A stretch of DNA of 64,000 nucleotides from Eledone cirrhosa (GCA_964016885.1 OZ024745.1:41974001-42038000); one strand, 5' to 3'. Positions 32,987 to 46,510 are shown, counted from the stretch's first letter. The notes: a model not told the origin generated them from the sequence alone. Numbers and translations are program-made.

Positions 32987-33251
32987 GAGAGTGTGTCTGT
33001 GTGTGTATAGATATGAATATAGGTATATACATATGTGTGTACATATATATACATATATATACATATACATGTGTGTGTGTGTGTGTCTGTGTGTGTGTTT
33101 GTGTGATGTATGTATGCATAGACAGATAGATAGATAGACATGCATATGATTCATACATGTGTATGCGTGTATGTGGTTTGTGTAGTGTAGTGGCATATAT
33201 ATACCTTTTAAACGGTATCCCAAGAGTGAGTCGAGGTGTTTTCACCCTCAC

Positions 33252-33630
33252 CTGCGCGAAAAATACTTTCCTTCTTCCGTTGTGATGGTAAGTGTTGGAG
33301 TGGTAAGTGTTACACACACACTGGTTGTGTTCTCTGGCGACGAAGTCATTGGCGGTGAGAATGGTGATGAGAGTCGCAGTGAGAGTGATAGTGGCAGTGA
33401 TGGTGGTGGTGGTGGTCTGTTATGGTGGTGTTGTGACTGGGATAGTGTATGTTTGTGGCTGTGTTGGTTGTATGGAGGGGTGGGTGGTGGGGTTGGCGGA
33501 GGTGGTTTGTTATTGTGTTTGCTGATGGGGACGCCGGTTTATGCGGTTACAGCGACAACAGCAGCCGTAGTAGTAGATGTAGCAGCAGCAGTAAGTAAAC
33601 TAGCAGCAGCAGTAACAAGACCAGCCATAT
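33252..33630 (-). other. Possible exon: low-complexity P/H/T-rich frame ending at a CAG|GTGAGG donor
   Basis: ccgccaATG at 33349 gives MTSSPENTTSVCVTLTTPTLTITTEEGKYFSR, then a donor at 33251; higher GC than surroundings; no recognisable homology. Confidence 0.25.
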
Positions 33631-33737
33631 CAATCCCAAGAAAAACAGCGGACCAACCACTGTTGCAGCAAAACAACACACAGTAGTGGATGATGCAGCT
33701 TTTGTTGTTTTTTAAGTCGTAAGGCGATATATGTATG

Positions 33738-33790
<53 letters not shown>

Positions 33791-33899
33791 TAACAGAGAA
33801 AGCTAATAGCGATATTCCGACCAACTTCCATCTCACTCAACAAACATTAGGAAATACCTAAGTATATTCCCAATTATACGTTTGGGGTGCTGAGTTATT

Positions 33900-34172
33900 G
33901 TACTGAGTTCAAATCCCGCCGAGGTTAAGTTTGCCTTTCATCCTTACGGGGTCGATAAAATAAAGTACCAGTAATGTACTGAGTAATTGCTGGCCTTGTG
34001 CCTAAAATAGAAACAATTATGTGGAACCACCATAGTTACGTCCCTTTACGGTCTGAGTTCAAATCCCGCCGAGGTTCACTTTGCCTTTCATCCTTACGGG
34101 GTCGATTAAATAAAGTACCAGTAATGTACTGAATAATTTGCTGGCCTTGTGCCTAAAGTAGACACAATTATG
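33900..34172 (+). mobile_element. Two tandem 5'-truncated SINE copies
   Basis: gagttcaaatcccgccgagg...gtgcctaaa..agaaacaatt twice. Confidence 0.88.
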
Positions 34173-34376
34173 TGGAAAGTCGGGAGTATTATTTTATATG
34201 AGACATAATTAAATAAATATATTTATGCATTTGTATATATTTATATATATATATGTGTGTGTGTGTCTGTGTGTGTGTGTGTGTGTATTAAGTTAAGTTT
34301 ACCTTAACATATATATGTATGATGATTATGTTTTCTCATTAGAAAAGCTGCATGTGTTTCTCAAACGATATATGGC

Positions 34377-34428
<52 letters not shown>

Positions 34429-34695
34429 TCTCTCTCTCACCCTCTCTCTCTCTCTCTCTCTAGCTATCTATCTCTACCTCTCTATCTCTCTAAGCATACA
34501 TATATCTTTTAATTTGAATTATGATGATTTCTCCCGAATGAAACAGTTCTAGTCCTGTAGAAGCTCTTCTATATTAAATACATATATCTATATATATATA
34601 TGAAGTAATTATCTTATGTTGTTTATAACATAACTAAATAGGTCTGTAGCCTACATAGAGCAGTCTCTTTTTCTTTACCTTTCCTACGGAAATTC

Positions 34696-34771
<76 letters not shown>

Positions 34772-34826
34772 TATATATAATATATGTATATATATATATT
34801 ATATATAATATATGTATATATATATA

Positions 34827-34868
<42 letters not shown>

Positions 34869-35043
34869 ACCTTTTTGTTGTCTTATGTTCAAGGCCCACA
34901 CGTAGTTTATGCCATCTTTACGAAAAATTATTTGCCACGGTGAAACAATGAATTCAATTTGTGTATCATTGAGGGCTGATCAGACAAACTTAGATATATC
35001 TTCACGTGTTGGGTGTTGGTATCGTGCAGACATCACGTTGATG

Positions 35044-35156
<113 letters not shown>

Positions 35157-35849
35157 GGAGCGGGGGGGGGGGTTCTGTGGTCTCATTTCATTATTGGGTT
35201 GCGGCTATCCAGGTGTAACGCCTTGAAGGATTTTTTGTCGAAATATCGATTCCAGTACATCTTTCAGTCTGAGAGTTATCTTAATTAATCGTTATAATAA
35301 ACAGACAAAAATACAGACGCTGACACACACACAACATTATTTGTACGCATGTATATATATATATATGTAAATATCTTTAAGTCGTTTGGAAGCCTCGACA
35401 ATGCAAATGGGTAAATCTCCCTGGTAACAAGGTCCGGTGGTGGAGAGAGAGATGTAAGTGGGTGTACGTTGAGATGCGTGGTGTGTATAAGATATATATA
35501 TATATATATATTGCATATAATACATATAATACATACATACGTACATACATACATACATACATACATAGAATCACAAGGTATTGATCAATCCGAGGTTGTC
35601 ACGTAGTAGGAACCTGAAAGCACGTGGTTTTAAAACGAATATTTCAATTTTACGCGAGTGCTGGAGTCTCTACACCTATATTTATTTGTGAAAAAAGGAA
35701 AAGAATGACTTCACTTGTAGTTGGTGTTTTAAACAATTCAAATTTATAATTTTACAATTTTCACAATTTGGCTATGTAGATCTATTGGTGAATTTGGCGA
35801 ATTCCAAATATATATATATATATATATATTACTTATATATTATGTATAT

Positions 35850-36033
35850 ATGGATTGGCAGTATCGGTAGAGGGTCGGACGCCATGCTTTCCAGCATAGT
35901 TACGTCCCTTTACGATCTGAGTTCAAATCCCGCCGAGGTTGACTTTGCCTTTCATCCTTACGGGGTCGATAAAATAAAGTACCAGTAATGCACTGGGTAA
36001 TTGGTGGCCTTGTGCCTAAAGTAGAAACAATTA
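35850..36033 (+). mobile_element. tRNA-derived SINE (Meta-domain-like core)
   Basis: Near-identical to 41862-42055. Confidence 0.9.
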
Positions 36034-36507
36034 TGTATATATGTATAAATGTATATATATATATATATATACACACAGTGGCGGACTAGCCAGGTTGCCA
36101 GGTTGCCCAATGGCAAGTGGGCCCCAGGGATTCCACGGTAGCAATGCAAGAGCCCACAGTAGCATTGCAGGGCGCACTGCAGTATTTTAGGGGCCAATGC
36201 TTTACTTTCAAATGATACCTGAAATCTAAGAGAAAGACTAACATTTTTTGAAAAATAAATAAAACAATAAAGCAAAGCATTTGGTCAACCAGTTCCCCAG
36301 GGAATTACTAGAAACCAAAATATACGATAGAGCAAATAGCTGGAATCAGTGGTTGTAGATTTTACTAAATCTAAAGCTTATTGTATTCATTCATGAATGC
36401 AAACATATATAGACACAGACACACACAAGCATATATATATATATAGATATATAGATTGATAAATAGATAGATATATAGAAACACACACACACACACACAC
36501 ACACAAA

Positions 36508-36584
<77 letters not shown>

Positions 36585-36628
36585 ATAAAATAAATAAGTC
36601 AAATGTTTAAAATTTAGCTTCGTTTATT

Positions 36629-36683
36629 ACTGCTATATATATTTCGGTGACAGCCATCTTTGGCTGTGACCTCTTCAGGCAGT
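36629..36683 (-). ncRNA. Type I hammerhead ribozyme (family F, left arm)
   Basis: rc: actgc-CTGAAGA-ggtcacagcc-aaagat-ggctgtcacc-GAAA-tatat-ATA-gcagt-AATAAA. Confidence 0.82.
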
Positions 36684-36830
36684 CCGAATTAGTGTAGTAT
36701 AGACAAGTACATATGTTGTTGAGGTGTATAACTTTGTCAATACTCTGATATGCCCAGTTCCTGGTTGGGCTGTTATTTCACTGAGGAACTGGAATCATAT
36801 GATACTTGTCTCTACCACACTAATTCGGAA

Positions 36831-36881
36831 TGCCTGAAGAGGTCACAGCCAAAGATGGCTGTCACCGAAATATATATAGCA
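36831..36881 (+). ncRNA. Type I hammerhead ribozyme (family F, right arm)
   Basis: tgc-CTGAAGA-[10-nt stem II arms, one mismatch]-GAAA-tatat-ATA-gca; AATAAA at 36884. Confidence 0.8.
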
Positions 36882-37025
36882 GTAATAAACGAAGCTAAAT
36901 TTTAAACATTTGACTTATTTATTTTATTTTATTTTACATTACTCCGGAGTAACCAAACCAACCTGCGCACTTCGTCGAGTGCTCCAATCTGCATATTGAT
37001 GTGTTGGTATACAACCAACATATAC

Positions 37026-37056
<31 letters not shown>

Positions 37057-38417
37057 TGAGTGAGTGTGAAAGACCAAATGTCATTATTGAAAGTCTCTGG
37101 GTTTCGCAAAATACATAATATTTTTTATTGGAGAAAGTAAGATATTTTTCCTCAAAAATTTGATTGCACTCTGTTGTTTCCACTTATGTACTTTTTGAAA
37201 ATTATTTATTCATTATAGAAATCAAATGATAGCATTCTATATGTAGGTGGGCTCCCTTCAACTGGCAACCAATATTTTTAGACCTAGTCCGCCACTGTAT
37301 ATATATATATAATGCCAATCATTGTAAGTTTGAATCTAACCATAGTAGATTCAAATATCAGAGAAAGAAAGAGAGAGGGTGAGGGGGGGGGGGGGAGAAA
37401 TGAGGTGCAAAGGAAATGAAACATGGATTACAGGTTAAAATATAGTCTAGATACATGTGAAACAAAACGAGGATGTAGTTTATGGAACACCCAAATAATT
37501 TAGAAGTCGACCTTAAATAGGGGCAATAGCATTAAGAAAGACGTGAACGACCCCACAATACTTTGTTTGGAAAATTTTGAAAGTAGGTTTATAAGTATGA
37601 ATTTTCATATGATTCTCTTAGTTGTCTCTGTGGCCAAACGGTAGGTACTATAGCTTGAATAGATCCTGGCCTTGGGTTCAATCCTGGTCAAGAGGTACAT
37701 GTAACGTTTTTCAATTTTTTATTTCATAACACATAGAAAAAAACTGAAAAAGTTTACTGGGAACCCTACTGCAGACCAGGATTGTACGCCAGACCTGGTG
37801 GACCACCGGCTATGATTCCTCCAACTAGGCCACCGAGACAACAACAAAATAAACACGAAAATTGATAATTATAAACCTACTTTCAAAATCAAAGTTTTTA
37901 GACCCAGTCCGCCATTGTATATATATATGCATATCGGCTTGCAATAGTGAGTTTGTGAGTTCGATTTCTGGACATTTTATTTCATGTTGCTCCAGTTTAA
38001 TCAGCTGCAGAAATGAGTGCAACGTCTCTGGTGCCAAGCTGTATCGGCCATTGCCTTTCCCTTGGACAACAACGGTGGCGTGGAGAGCGGAGACTAGTAT
38101 GTATGGGAACTACTTGTCTTCCACAAACAACCCTGCCCAGAAGTGGGTATTTACCTCTATATGTATTAGGTTAGACAGAATGTTCTCGCCGATTTTCAAA
38201 ATGTTATTGATTTTGACGTTTTTGAAAATGAGGAAAAAAAAGTCAAAATAATCGCCATCATTTGCAATTACCGTCTGCCATTAATTAGAAAAACATGTGA
38301 TTCCATCCTTGTAGAATTCCTCTGGCTTTGATGCAAACAATTCCGTCATCAACTGATAAACTGGTCGTCATTGGCGAACATCTTTGATCCAAAGAGGATT
38401 TGCTTCGAAATCACTAG

Positions 38418-38492
38418 ACGTATCTGAGGAACTTGCGATCCACAAACAGATCGCAGCTCGAGCTGTTCGCCGGAGAAACAATTGTAATACGT
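38418..38492 (+). ncRNA. Type I hammerhead ribozyme with extended stem II (family G; tail to about 38615)
   Basis: acgtat-CTGAGGA-[44 nt including tgcgatc/gatcgca hairpin]-GAAAC-aatt-GTA-atacgt-AATAAA. Confidence 0.8.
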
Positions 38493-38620
38493 AATAAATT
38501 GTGTTCCGATGCATCACTGATTCTCCGTTTTCCATATTATCATACTCTACTCCGAAGGAGCATAGAGTGCTCAACCGGCATACCGCCTACGGACGCATCC
38601 AACCAACCCTGCTACAAATA

Positions 38621-38745
<125 letters not shown>

Positions 38746-38864
38746 GGTTACACAACAAAACTGAAAAAGTTTACTGGGAACTCTACTGCCAACCAGGATT
38801 GAACTTCAGACCAGGATGACCACCGTCTATGATGACCACCGTCCATGAAGGACCTTGTCCATTA

Positions 38865-38902
38865 CGAGCTGAGGATTCGCTAAGGTGAAACAATTGTTCT
38901 CG
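38865..38902 (+). ncRNA. Type I minimal hammerhead ribozyme (family E element 38742-38998)
   Basis: cgag-CTGAGGA-ttcgctaaggt-GAAAC-aatt-GTT-ctcg. Confidence 0.82.
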
Positions 38903-38996
38903 GTATGGTGAACTAACTGTTGTGTAACCACTCTACCTAACTCGCCCCATGGACTGGGTGCTCTACCACTACGGATATTACCTTCCAGTGTTCTAC

Positions 38997-39037
<41 letters not shown>

Positions 39038-39780
39038 AAAGTTCTATTTAAATTGTTGGGATACAACAAGCAAATATTTTTATAACTGATATAGAGCACT
39101 CGACAAATATTTGGAGTAGATATACGATATTAATAAATGGAAACTTTATTTATAAAACCATATTTATTTCATTATATATATATTTCAAGGATACCAAGTT
39201 AAATCATGGTATGCCTTCATCAGACAAAATACAATATATAACAGTTTTATAAATAGACATTGACGTACCCTTTTAAAAAGTGACCGTTGCTTTTGGAGTG
39301 TGTGTGTGTGGGGGAGGGGGGGGTTGCGTGTGTGTGTGTGTGTGTGTGTACATACATATATTATTTGTTTGCTAAAATAATCAAATGAAATTAATTCAAT
39401 AGTTAAACACACATAGGAATAATAAGGTTGTTACCAAAGGGCCAGAAGATTGACAAGCCAACCCTGAATATTACTAATAGCTCTACGAAAGCCATGAACG
39501 AAACCACATCTTTTTAACTTTGATTTTGAAAGTAGGTTTATAATTATGTATGTGTGTATTGTTTAAGATCGTTTCAGAGAGCAACATTATTGATGTGCAG
39601 CTAAAATTCTGTTGATTTAAAGCACATCTCTTCTAAACCTTGATATCGTTCCTACATTTTACCTTAATTTGTGCAGATATTTTGTCAGCCACCCATCTTA
39701 TGTTTTTCATTTTTTTCTTTACTTTTTGTTTACTCTGTTTTCACCCCTTATTCACTGGGCCGGTTATGTTATGTTTACTT

Positions 39781-39898
<118 letters not shown>

Positions 39899-39904
39899 CG
39901 TCTT

Positions 39905-39942
<38 letters not shown>

Positions 39943-40016
39943 CGAGAGAGAGGAAGATCAGCTAATTTGAAACAATTGTTCTCGGTATGGTGAACTAACT
40001 GTTGTGTTACCACTTC

Positions 40017-40079
<63 letters not shown>

Positions 40080-40115
40080 GCATGTGTGTGTGTATGTGTG
40101 TGTATGTGTGTGTGT

Positions 40116-40224
<109 letters not shown>

Positions 40225-40948
40225 TGTGTGTGTGTAGAAATTAAACAATCCATTGCATACTTTTATATATTGAATGCTCATTCAGTAAATATTTCACTGT
40301 TTCTATGTATGATTATGCACAAAAGCTTCTAATAATAAATACACACACTTTAAGACACATAAATTCACAGACATTGATATTAATGTATATCTTTTTAAGG
40401 TGATTCGCTGAAACAAATATTCTAATGAAGAACCCAATAGATTTAAATACATATTGTTTTTTTTTTTTAAATAAGACAGACTATGCTTCGTCCTACATAC
40501 CACTTATTCACACCCATACACCAACTCACCAACATTCACATATAATTCGCCTTTATTAAGTCGCACACACCCATATATAAGTATATCTATGTATATATAT
40601 ATATAATGTAGGAGGTGAGTTTTATTGTAGTACAATAAAGCAATGCAGATATCCTCCTATCTCATCCTTCCTCATTATACTCCTCCCCCTCCACTTTTTA
40701 CTCTCATCTCCTCCTCTTTTTCATCCCCCCCCCCCCTAAAAAAAATGTTTTCCCTCAATATCACACATCAATCTAAAACTACTTTTCATATGTTGATTTA
40801 AAACTGCACTATCCACAAGTGTTTTTAACCTTCATATCATGTCCTCATATTTTATCTGATGAAAACACAAATGTTATTGCATGATGATATTTGTTTTTGA
40901 AATGCGCATAATAAAATACATGGAACTTATTTAACCATCTTTTGATCT

Positions 40949-41015
<67 letters not shown>

Positions 41016-41067
41016 TATGTATATATATATATGTATGTGTGTATATATATATATGTGTGTGTGTGTG

Positions 41068-41122
<55 letters not shown>

Positions 41123-41324
41123 ATATATATATATATATATATACATATACATGTATGGGGGAATTCAACGCATGTGAGTGTGGGCAAGTTGGTGTATGGG
41201 TGTGAATAAGCGGTATATATATATATATAATATATATATACTTAATATGCCTGTTTATATATATATATTAATTACTGCCTCATTTTCTTTTTCTTATTCT
41301 TTCAATATTTAACATTATGTATGC

Positions 41325-41426
<102 letters not shown>

Positions 41427-41451
41427 TGTTATTAAATTATTGTTATTATGA

Positions 41452-42255
41452 GGGCGGTGGATTGGCAGTATCCGTAGAGGGTCGGACGCCATGCAAAGAG
41501 TTACGTCCCTTTATGGTCTGAGTTCAAATCCTGCCGAGGTTAACTTTGCCTTTCATCCTTACGGGATCGATAAAAATAAAGTACCAGTAATACACTGGTT
41601 AATTGCTGGCCGTGTGCCTAAAGTAGAAACAATTATTATTTTTGGCTCAAGGTCACCGATTGAAGCTATGGATCCGACTCCTGCATCGATCTTCTCGGCT
41701 CTTTACGTTCAAATCCCGCCGAGGTTAGCTTTGCCTATGATACTTACGGAGGACAATAAAACCAAGCACCAGTAACGCACTTGGGTCAATTTAAATTACC
41801 TTTTCCTCCCCTTCAAATTGCTTTGTGCTTATAGTAGAAATCATCATCATTATTATTATAAGGGCGGTGGATTGGCAGTGTCGGTAGAGGGTCGGACGCC
41901 TTGCTTTCCAGCATAGTTACGTCCCTTTACGATCTGAGTTCAAATCCCGCCGAGGTTGACTTTGCCTTTCATCCTTACGGGGTCGATAAAATAAAGTACC
42001 AGTAATGCACTGGGTAATTGCTGGCCTTGTGCCTAAAGTAGAAACAATTATTATTATAAGAGCGGTGGATTGGCAGTATCGGTAGAGAGTCGGACACCAT
42101 GCTTTGACGCATCGAGTTACGGCTATTGCCATTCTGAGTTCAAATCCCGCCGAGGTTAACTTTGCCTTTCCTCCTTATGGGGCCGATAAAATAAAGTACC
42201 AGTAATGCACTGAGTAATTGCTGGCCTTGTGCCAAAAGTAGAAACAATTATTATT
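41452..42255 (+). mobile_element. Tandem cluster of four tRNA-derived SINEs
   Basis: Units at about 41452, 41650, 41862 and 42061, each ending near agaaacaattattatt. Confidence 0.9.
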
Positions 42256-44132
42256 ATATTAGCAGTTTGATGATCAATACTTTACATTGAATGTTGCTTC
42301 AATCAAATATGGTGGTTTAAAGACCAGTCTATAAAAACGCAGAGAATATTTTATAACTATTTTATTTTGATCTTTTCATGTTGTTACCTTGGTGTTTTTT
42401 ATTGTTATTTATTTCATAAGTCTCATTATATTCACTATGAAATCCCTCCATATGAATGCAGCATGGTCATATAGTTAATAAAATCGCTTCGCAGTCATTC
42501 GACCCCGGATTCGACTCAACTGCCTGGAATTTTACCATGGCTTCGGGTCGACCTTTGCTTTGTGAGTGAAATTGAATAGATGGAAACAGTTTGGAAACCC
42601 GATAAATGAACTGTCCCTGTAATTCAAAGAATCAGCTTTATCAAATCCTGTGTCATATGCTGAATCTCCCTGGGAATTACCTTAAGAGTACACTTGTCTG
42701 TGAAATGCTCAGTCAATAAACGTGTCAACTTCATGAGCCAAGGTAGTGAGTTGTCTCTCGTCAGCTGCCTTTGCGGCAAAATAAATAAATCCTTGATCCG
42801 ACTCTTCACGCTCTGAGTTCAAATATTGCTGGGGCTACCTTTACTTTCATCATTCAGTGGTTGATAAAGTACTGGGATCGGTATAATTGACATTCCTCTT
42901 TCCCCAAACTGCTTGTTTTGTGCCAAAGCTAGAAAGAAATACTAAGCACAAGAATCGTTTGGTGGATTGGCAGAGTCGCGAGTGTCGTATTTCAAATTCG
43001 ACCGTGAATGTTTTTTTTATTTTAAAGAAGGTTTGGTGTAATTGGAGAAAGGTTTTGCGCGGTTTTTAGCATGACGAGCAACATATGGTTGAAAGAGTGC
43101 TAAAGCTAACCACACCACCATATTTTCAAGCGCAGAGGTGGTTGCTAGTGCTGGTAATGGTGCTACATGTGATGTTGGTTGTTTTGATTGTAATGGTTGT
43201 TGTGGTGGTTGTACTATCTTTGTGATACAGGATATAATAGTGCTAAAAGTGGTGTTGTTGGTAATGGTTGTTAGGGTTATTGGTTATTGCATAGAGGGAG
43301 CTGAGTGAACGCGCGTGGCTTCATGGTGACGGTATTCGGCTCATGATCGTAAGGTGTCAGTTCGATTATCAGCGACGCGTTGTAATCTTGAGCAAGACAC
43401 TTTATTTCACATTGCTCCTGTTCATTCAGCTGGCAAAAATGTTCGAAGGACCAGTCTAGTATTCTGTGTTACGCTGAAACGCTGAATCTCCCTGAGAACT
43501 ACGATTATGGCATACATATCTGTAGATAATGGTTATACGTATCCGTGCTGGGGGTGGTGACGGTGATAGATTGTGGTTATTATCATTGTTGTGGCTTTTG
43601 TTGATCATATGACTGCTGGAACGACGAGGAGGAGAAACGGGGCGGAGCAAGATTGAGTGGGTAGGGCCACATATGGTTGTAATAAGCCGGGTGGTTAAAC
43701 GTTAACAATGGTAATGCGGGTGTTATAACGACTCTGATTTACTAGTGAATCTTAGTCCCCGCCTTACTATCGTTAACGTAGCTGACTGACTGACTCATTC
43801 ATTGACTGATTTCTGTAGATCCTGATGACTCCGTAAGACTTCGGCTGACTCCGGTTTATTCCGGCCGACTCTTATTTATTTGGAGCTATTGCAGTTCTTT
43901 TTGTTGTTTCAGATTCCATTCGAAAAAGCTTTTGGATGAAAGTAAGCCCAGTATCTAGCAATATCTTATCTTATCTATCATTTCATTTTTAAGAGTTGAT
44001 TGTTATTCTTCGAAGTTCGAACAAAACTAACTGCCTGTTTGTTTATCAATTTGTTTATAAACAGTCGTGAGTGGATAGCAATAGTTGAGAATATTATAAT
44101 GGAAGCTACTGCAAGCCGTATATAGAGTATAA

Positions 44133-44268
<136 letters not shown>

Positions 44269-44376
44269 ATATATATATGTGTGTATATATATATATATAT
44301 GTGTATATATATATATATTACATCAAGATTGACCATACGGAATGACCAATTCTATCCAGTGGTGAACCAACAAACC

Positions 44377-44430
<54 letters not shown>

Positions 44431-44522
44431 AAAATTGAACGGGAACAAAACAGAGAGGCAGTACGAACAAAGGATTATTAGTTTCACGCTCGTAAGAGAG
44501 GGGTGGTGGTGGTGGTGGTGGG

Positions 44523-44587
<65 letters not shown>

Positions 44588-44626
44588 ATGTATATGTATA
44601 TATATATATATGTATATGTATATATG

Positions 44627-44657
<31 letters not shown>

Positions 44658-44658
44658 A

Positions 44659-44856
44659 TAGGAACGAGTAGGACCCCGACGGCTGAGCTCAAGCCGTTTC
44701 GACGGCTAATTCTGGACTAAAATGAATTAGCCGTCGAAACGGCTTGAGCTCAGCCGTCGGGGTCCTACTCGTTCCTATTACCCACTCTACTGCCCTAAGT
44801 ATTGAGTACTTTGGTGCGTTATGATCCACCTGGGTCCTTACCACATTTCCTTCGTT

Positions 44857-44860
<4 letters not shown>
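44659..44860. mobile_element. PLE-like fold-back element, family A subfamily
   Basis: Perfect inverted arms of about 54 bp with an 11-nt spacer; GAAAC-ggc..gcc-GTC-ggggtc; tail. Confidence 0.88.
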
Positions 44861-44902
<42 letters not shown>

Positions 44903-45123
44903 GTACTGTAGTAAAGGTTTTGGTAGAAATATCTGAGGGTAAGAGCACTCAAATCATAGGACGAGTTTAGTATAAATAATTACAACAGTCACATAAACAG
45001 ATACTTAAGCTGAGTTGGGGTCCTGAACCCAACGTGCCTACTTATGTCACTGTTTTAATTATTTATATATATATATATATATATATTGAGTATATGTTGG
45101 TTGTATACATATATATATATATA

Positions 45124-45934
45124 CTAGCAGCCGTACCCAGCGTTGCCTGGGTAGGTAAAATAATATCTGCTTTGATGAAAAGGTGTTGATCTTAGCGACT
45201 GCATCTCGATAACTCATCTATGGCCACACGCAGGCCATGCGGGGGAGGGTGGTGATGACCTCTATCACTGAGAAACGCGGGTGACTGACGAAGTGGTATG
45301 CTGAGGGAGGGAGGTAATGGAAACGGATGAATTCTCAAATACACAACTAAAAGCTCAGGCGTCGTCAGTGGCCATCGTTTTGCCTTTGACCGTCTATAAG
45401 ATGTGCAATGATAGCTTCTATCGTAGTATAAAAATTGAACCAAATAAATTGATTTATGTGTGAGGTGGAGCCGAAGTTTCGAATTTGAACGAAATCGGTT
45501 GAAAAATGTGGAAGCTAGAGCCGAAAAGGCGGAAATTTGAGCGAAAAGGTGGTATTTTCGAATATTTAAGCGGATGCCACGCCGTTCCTGAACAACAAAT
45601 GCAAAATATAAAGCGATTATAAGATGTGTAATGCTAAATTCTATTTTGCTTTAAAATTTGAACGAAATCGGTGGCAAAATGTGGGAACTAGAGCCAAAAA
45701 TCATATTTTTCGATACCTAAAAAAAGGTGACCCCCTATCGATTTTTATTTGCAGAATGAGCCCGGAATAAAATAAACGATACGCTGATATATGGAAAACA
45801 CTCCTCGATGACGTATGTATGAGCCTGTAAAGTTTCATGAAAATCGGTCGTAAGATGTAGACCCCTGTAGGTAATACACAGACACACACACAGACACACA
45901 CACATACTTAATTTTATATATATATATATACAGA
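45124..45934 (-). mobile_element. Non-autonomous Helitron
   Basis: Minus strand starts TC (45934) and ends with hairpin cccaggcaacgctggg plus CTAG (45124), inserted at A|T; internal aaatttgaacgaaatcgg repeats. Confidence 0.75.
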
Positions 45935-46156
45935 TATATATATATATATACTCAAAATATCCTGAGTCAGTTTTCTCGTTGCTTTGGTCCCTGCGGCTGG
46001 CTTACCGGTCGCAATCTTCAATTTGCAAAGCTGTCTAAACGTAATGTTATTACTCTAAGGTAAAATACCTTATTGAGTGCTTAGCTGCTGCACATTCCGA
46101 TTGAATTCGTTAGCTTAGCTGCAGCCAGAGCTTCGATTATGCTGTACTTCCATTTG

Positions 46157-46250
<94 letters not shown>

Positions 46251-46309
46251 CATTATAATATAATATAATATGTATATAATATATATATATATATGTTTAT
46301 ATATATATC

Positions 46310-46503
46310 AGATGGGTGTGGTAAAAAAACAGCTAGACCATAACTCACCAGAGTACTCGATACTTGGAGTAGTAGAGTGAGTAATATGAGAAGATTCAGG
46401 ACCTCGACTATTGAGCTCCAGCCGTTTCCTCAGCTAGATCCGAACTCGAGTATGGATCTAACTGTCGAAACGGCCGGAGCTCAGCCATCGGGGTCCTGAA
46501 TCT

Positions 46504-46510
<7 letters not shown>
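46310..46510. mobile_element. PLE-like fold-back element, divergent family A relative
   Basis: Tail ccagagtactcgatacttggagtagtagagtg; imperfect palindrome centred on agatcc..ggatct; also at 7085-7160. Confidence 0.8.

Larger units (their letters stand above)
36578..37026. mobile_element. PLE-like fold-back element, family F, two hammerheads in inverted orientation
   Basis: About 135-bp inverted arms 36578-36715 and 36797-36936; tail with tactc..gagtgctc. Confidence 0.88.
36076..37297. mobile_element. Non-autonomous DNA transposon (hAT-like) with 14-bp TIRs and nested insertions
   Basis: CAGTGGCGGACTAG ... CTAGTCCGCCACTG; any TSD is obscured by TA repeats. Confidence 0.75.

Noticed and set aside
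32880-33065. About 90-bp tandem duplication in microsatellite sequence
   Set aside because: Ordinary slippage or unequal exchange, or an assembly effect
33282-33686. 134-aa plus-strand ORF (V/G/A-rich)
   Set aside because: Composition consistent with the antisense of low-complexity triplet repeats
43822-43870. CTGATGA as a hammerhead core
   Set aside because: No properly placed GAAA, stem III or stem I partner
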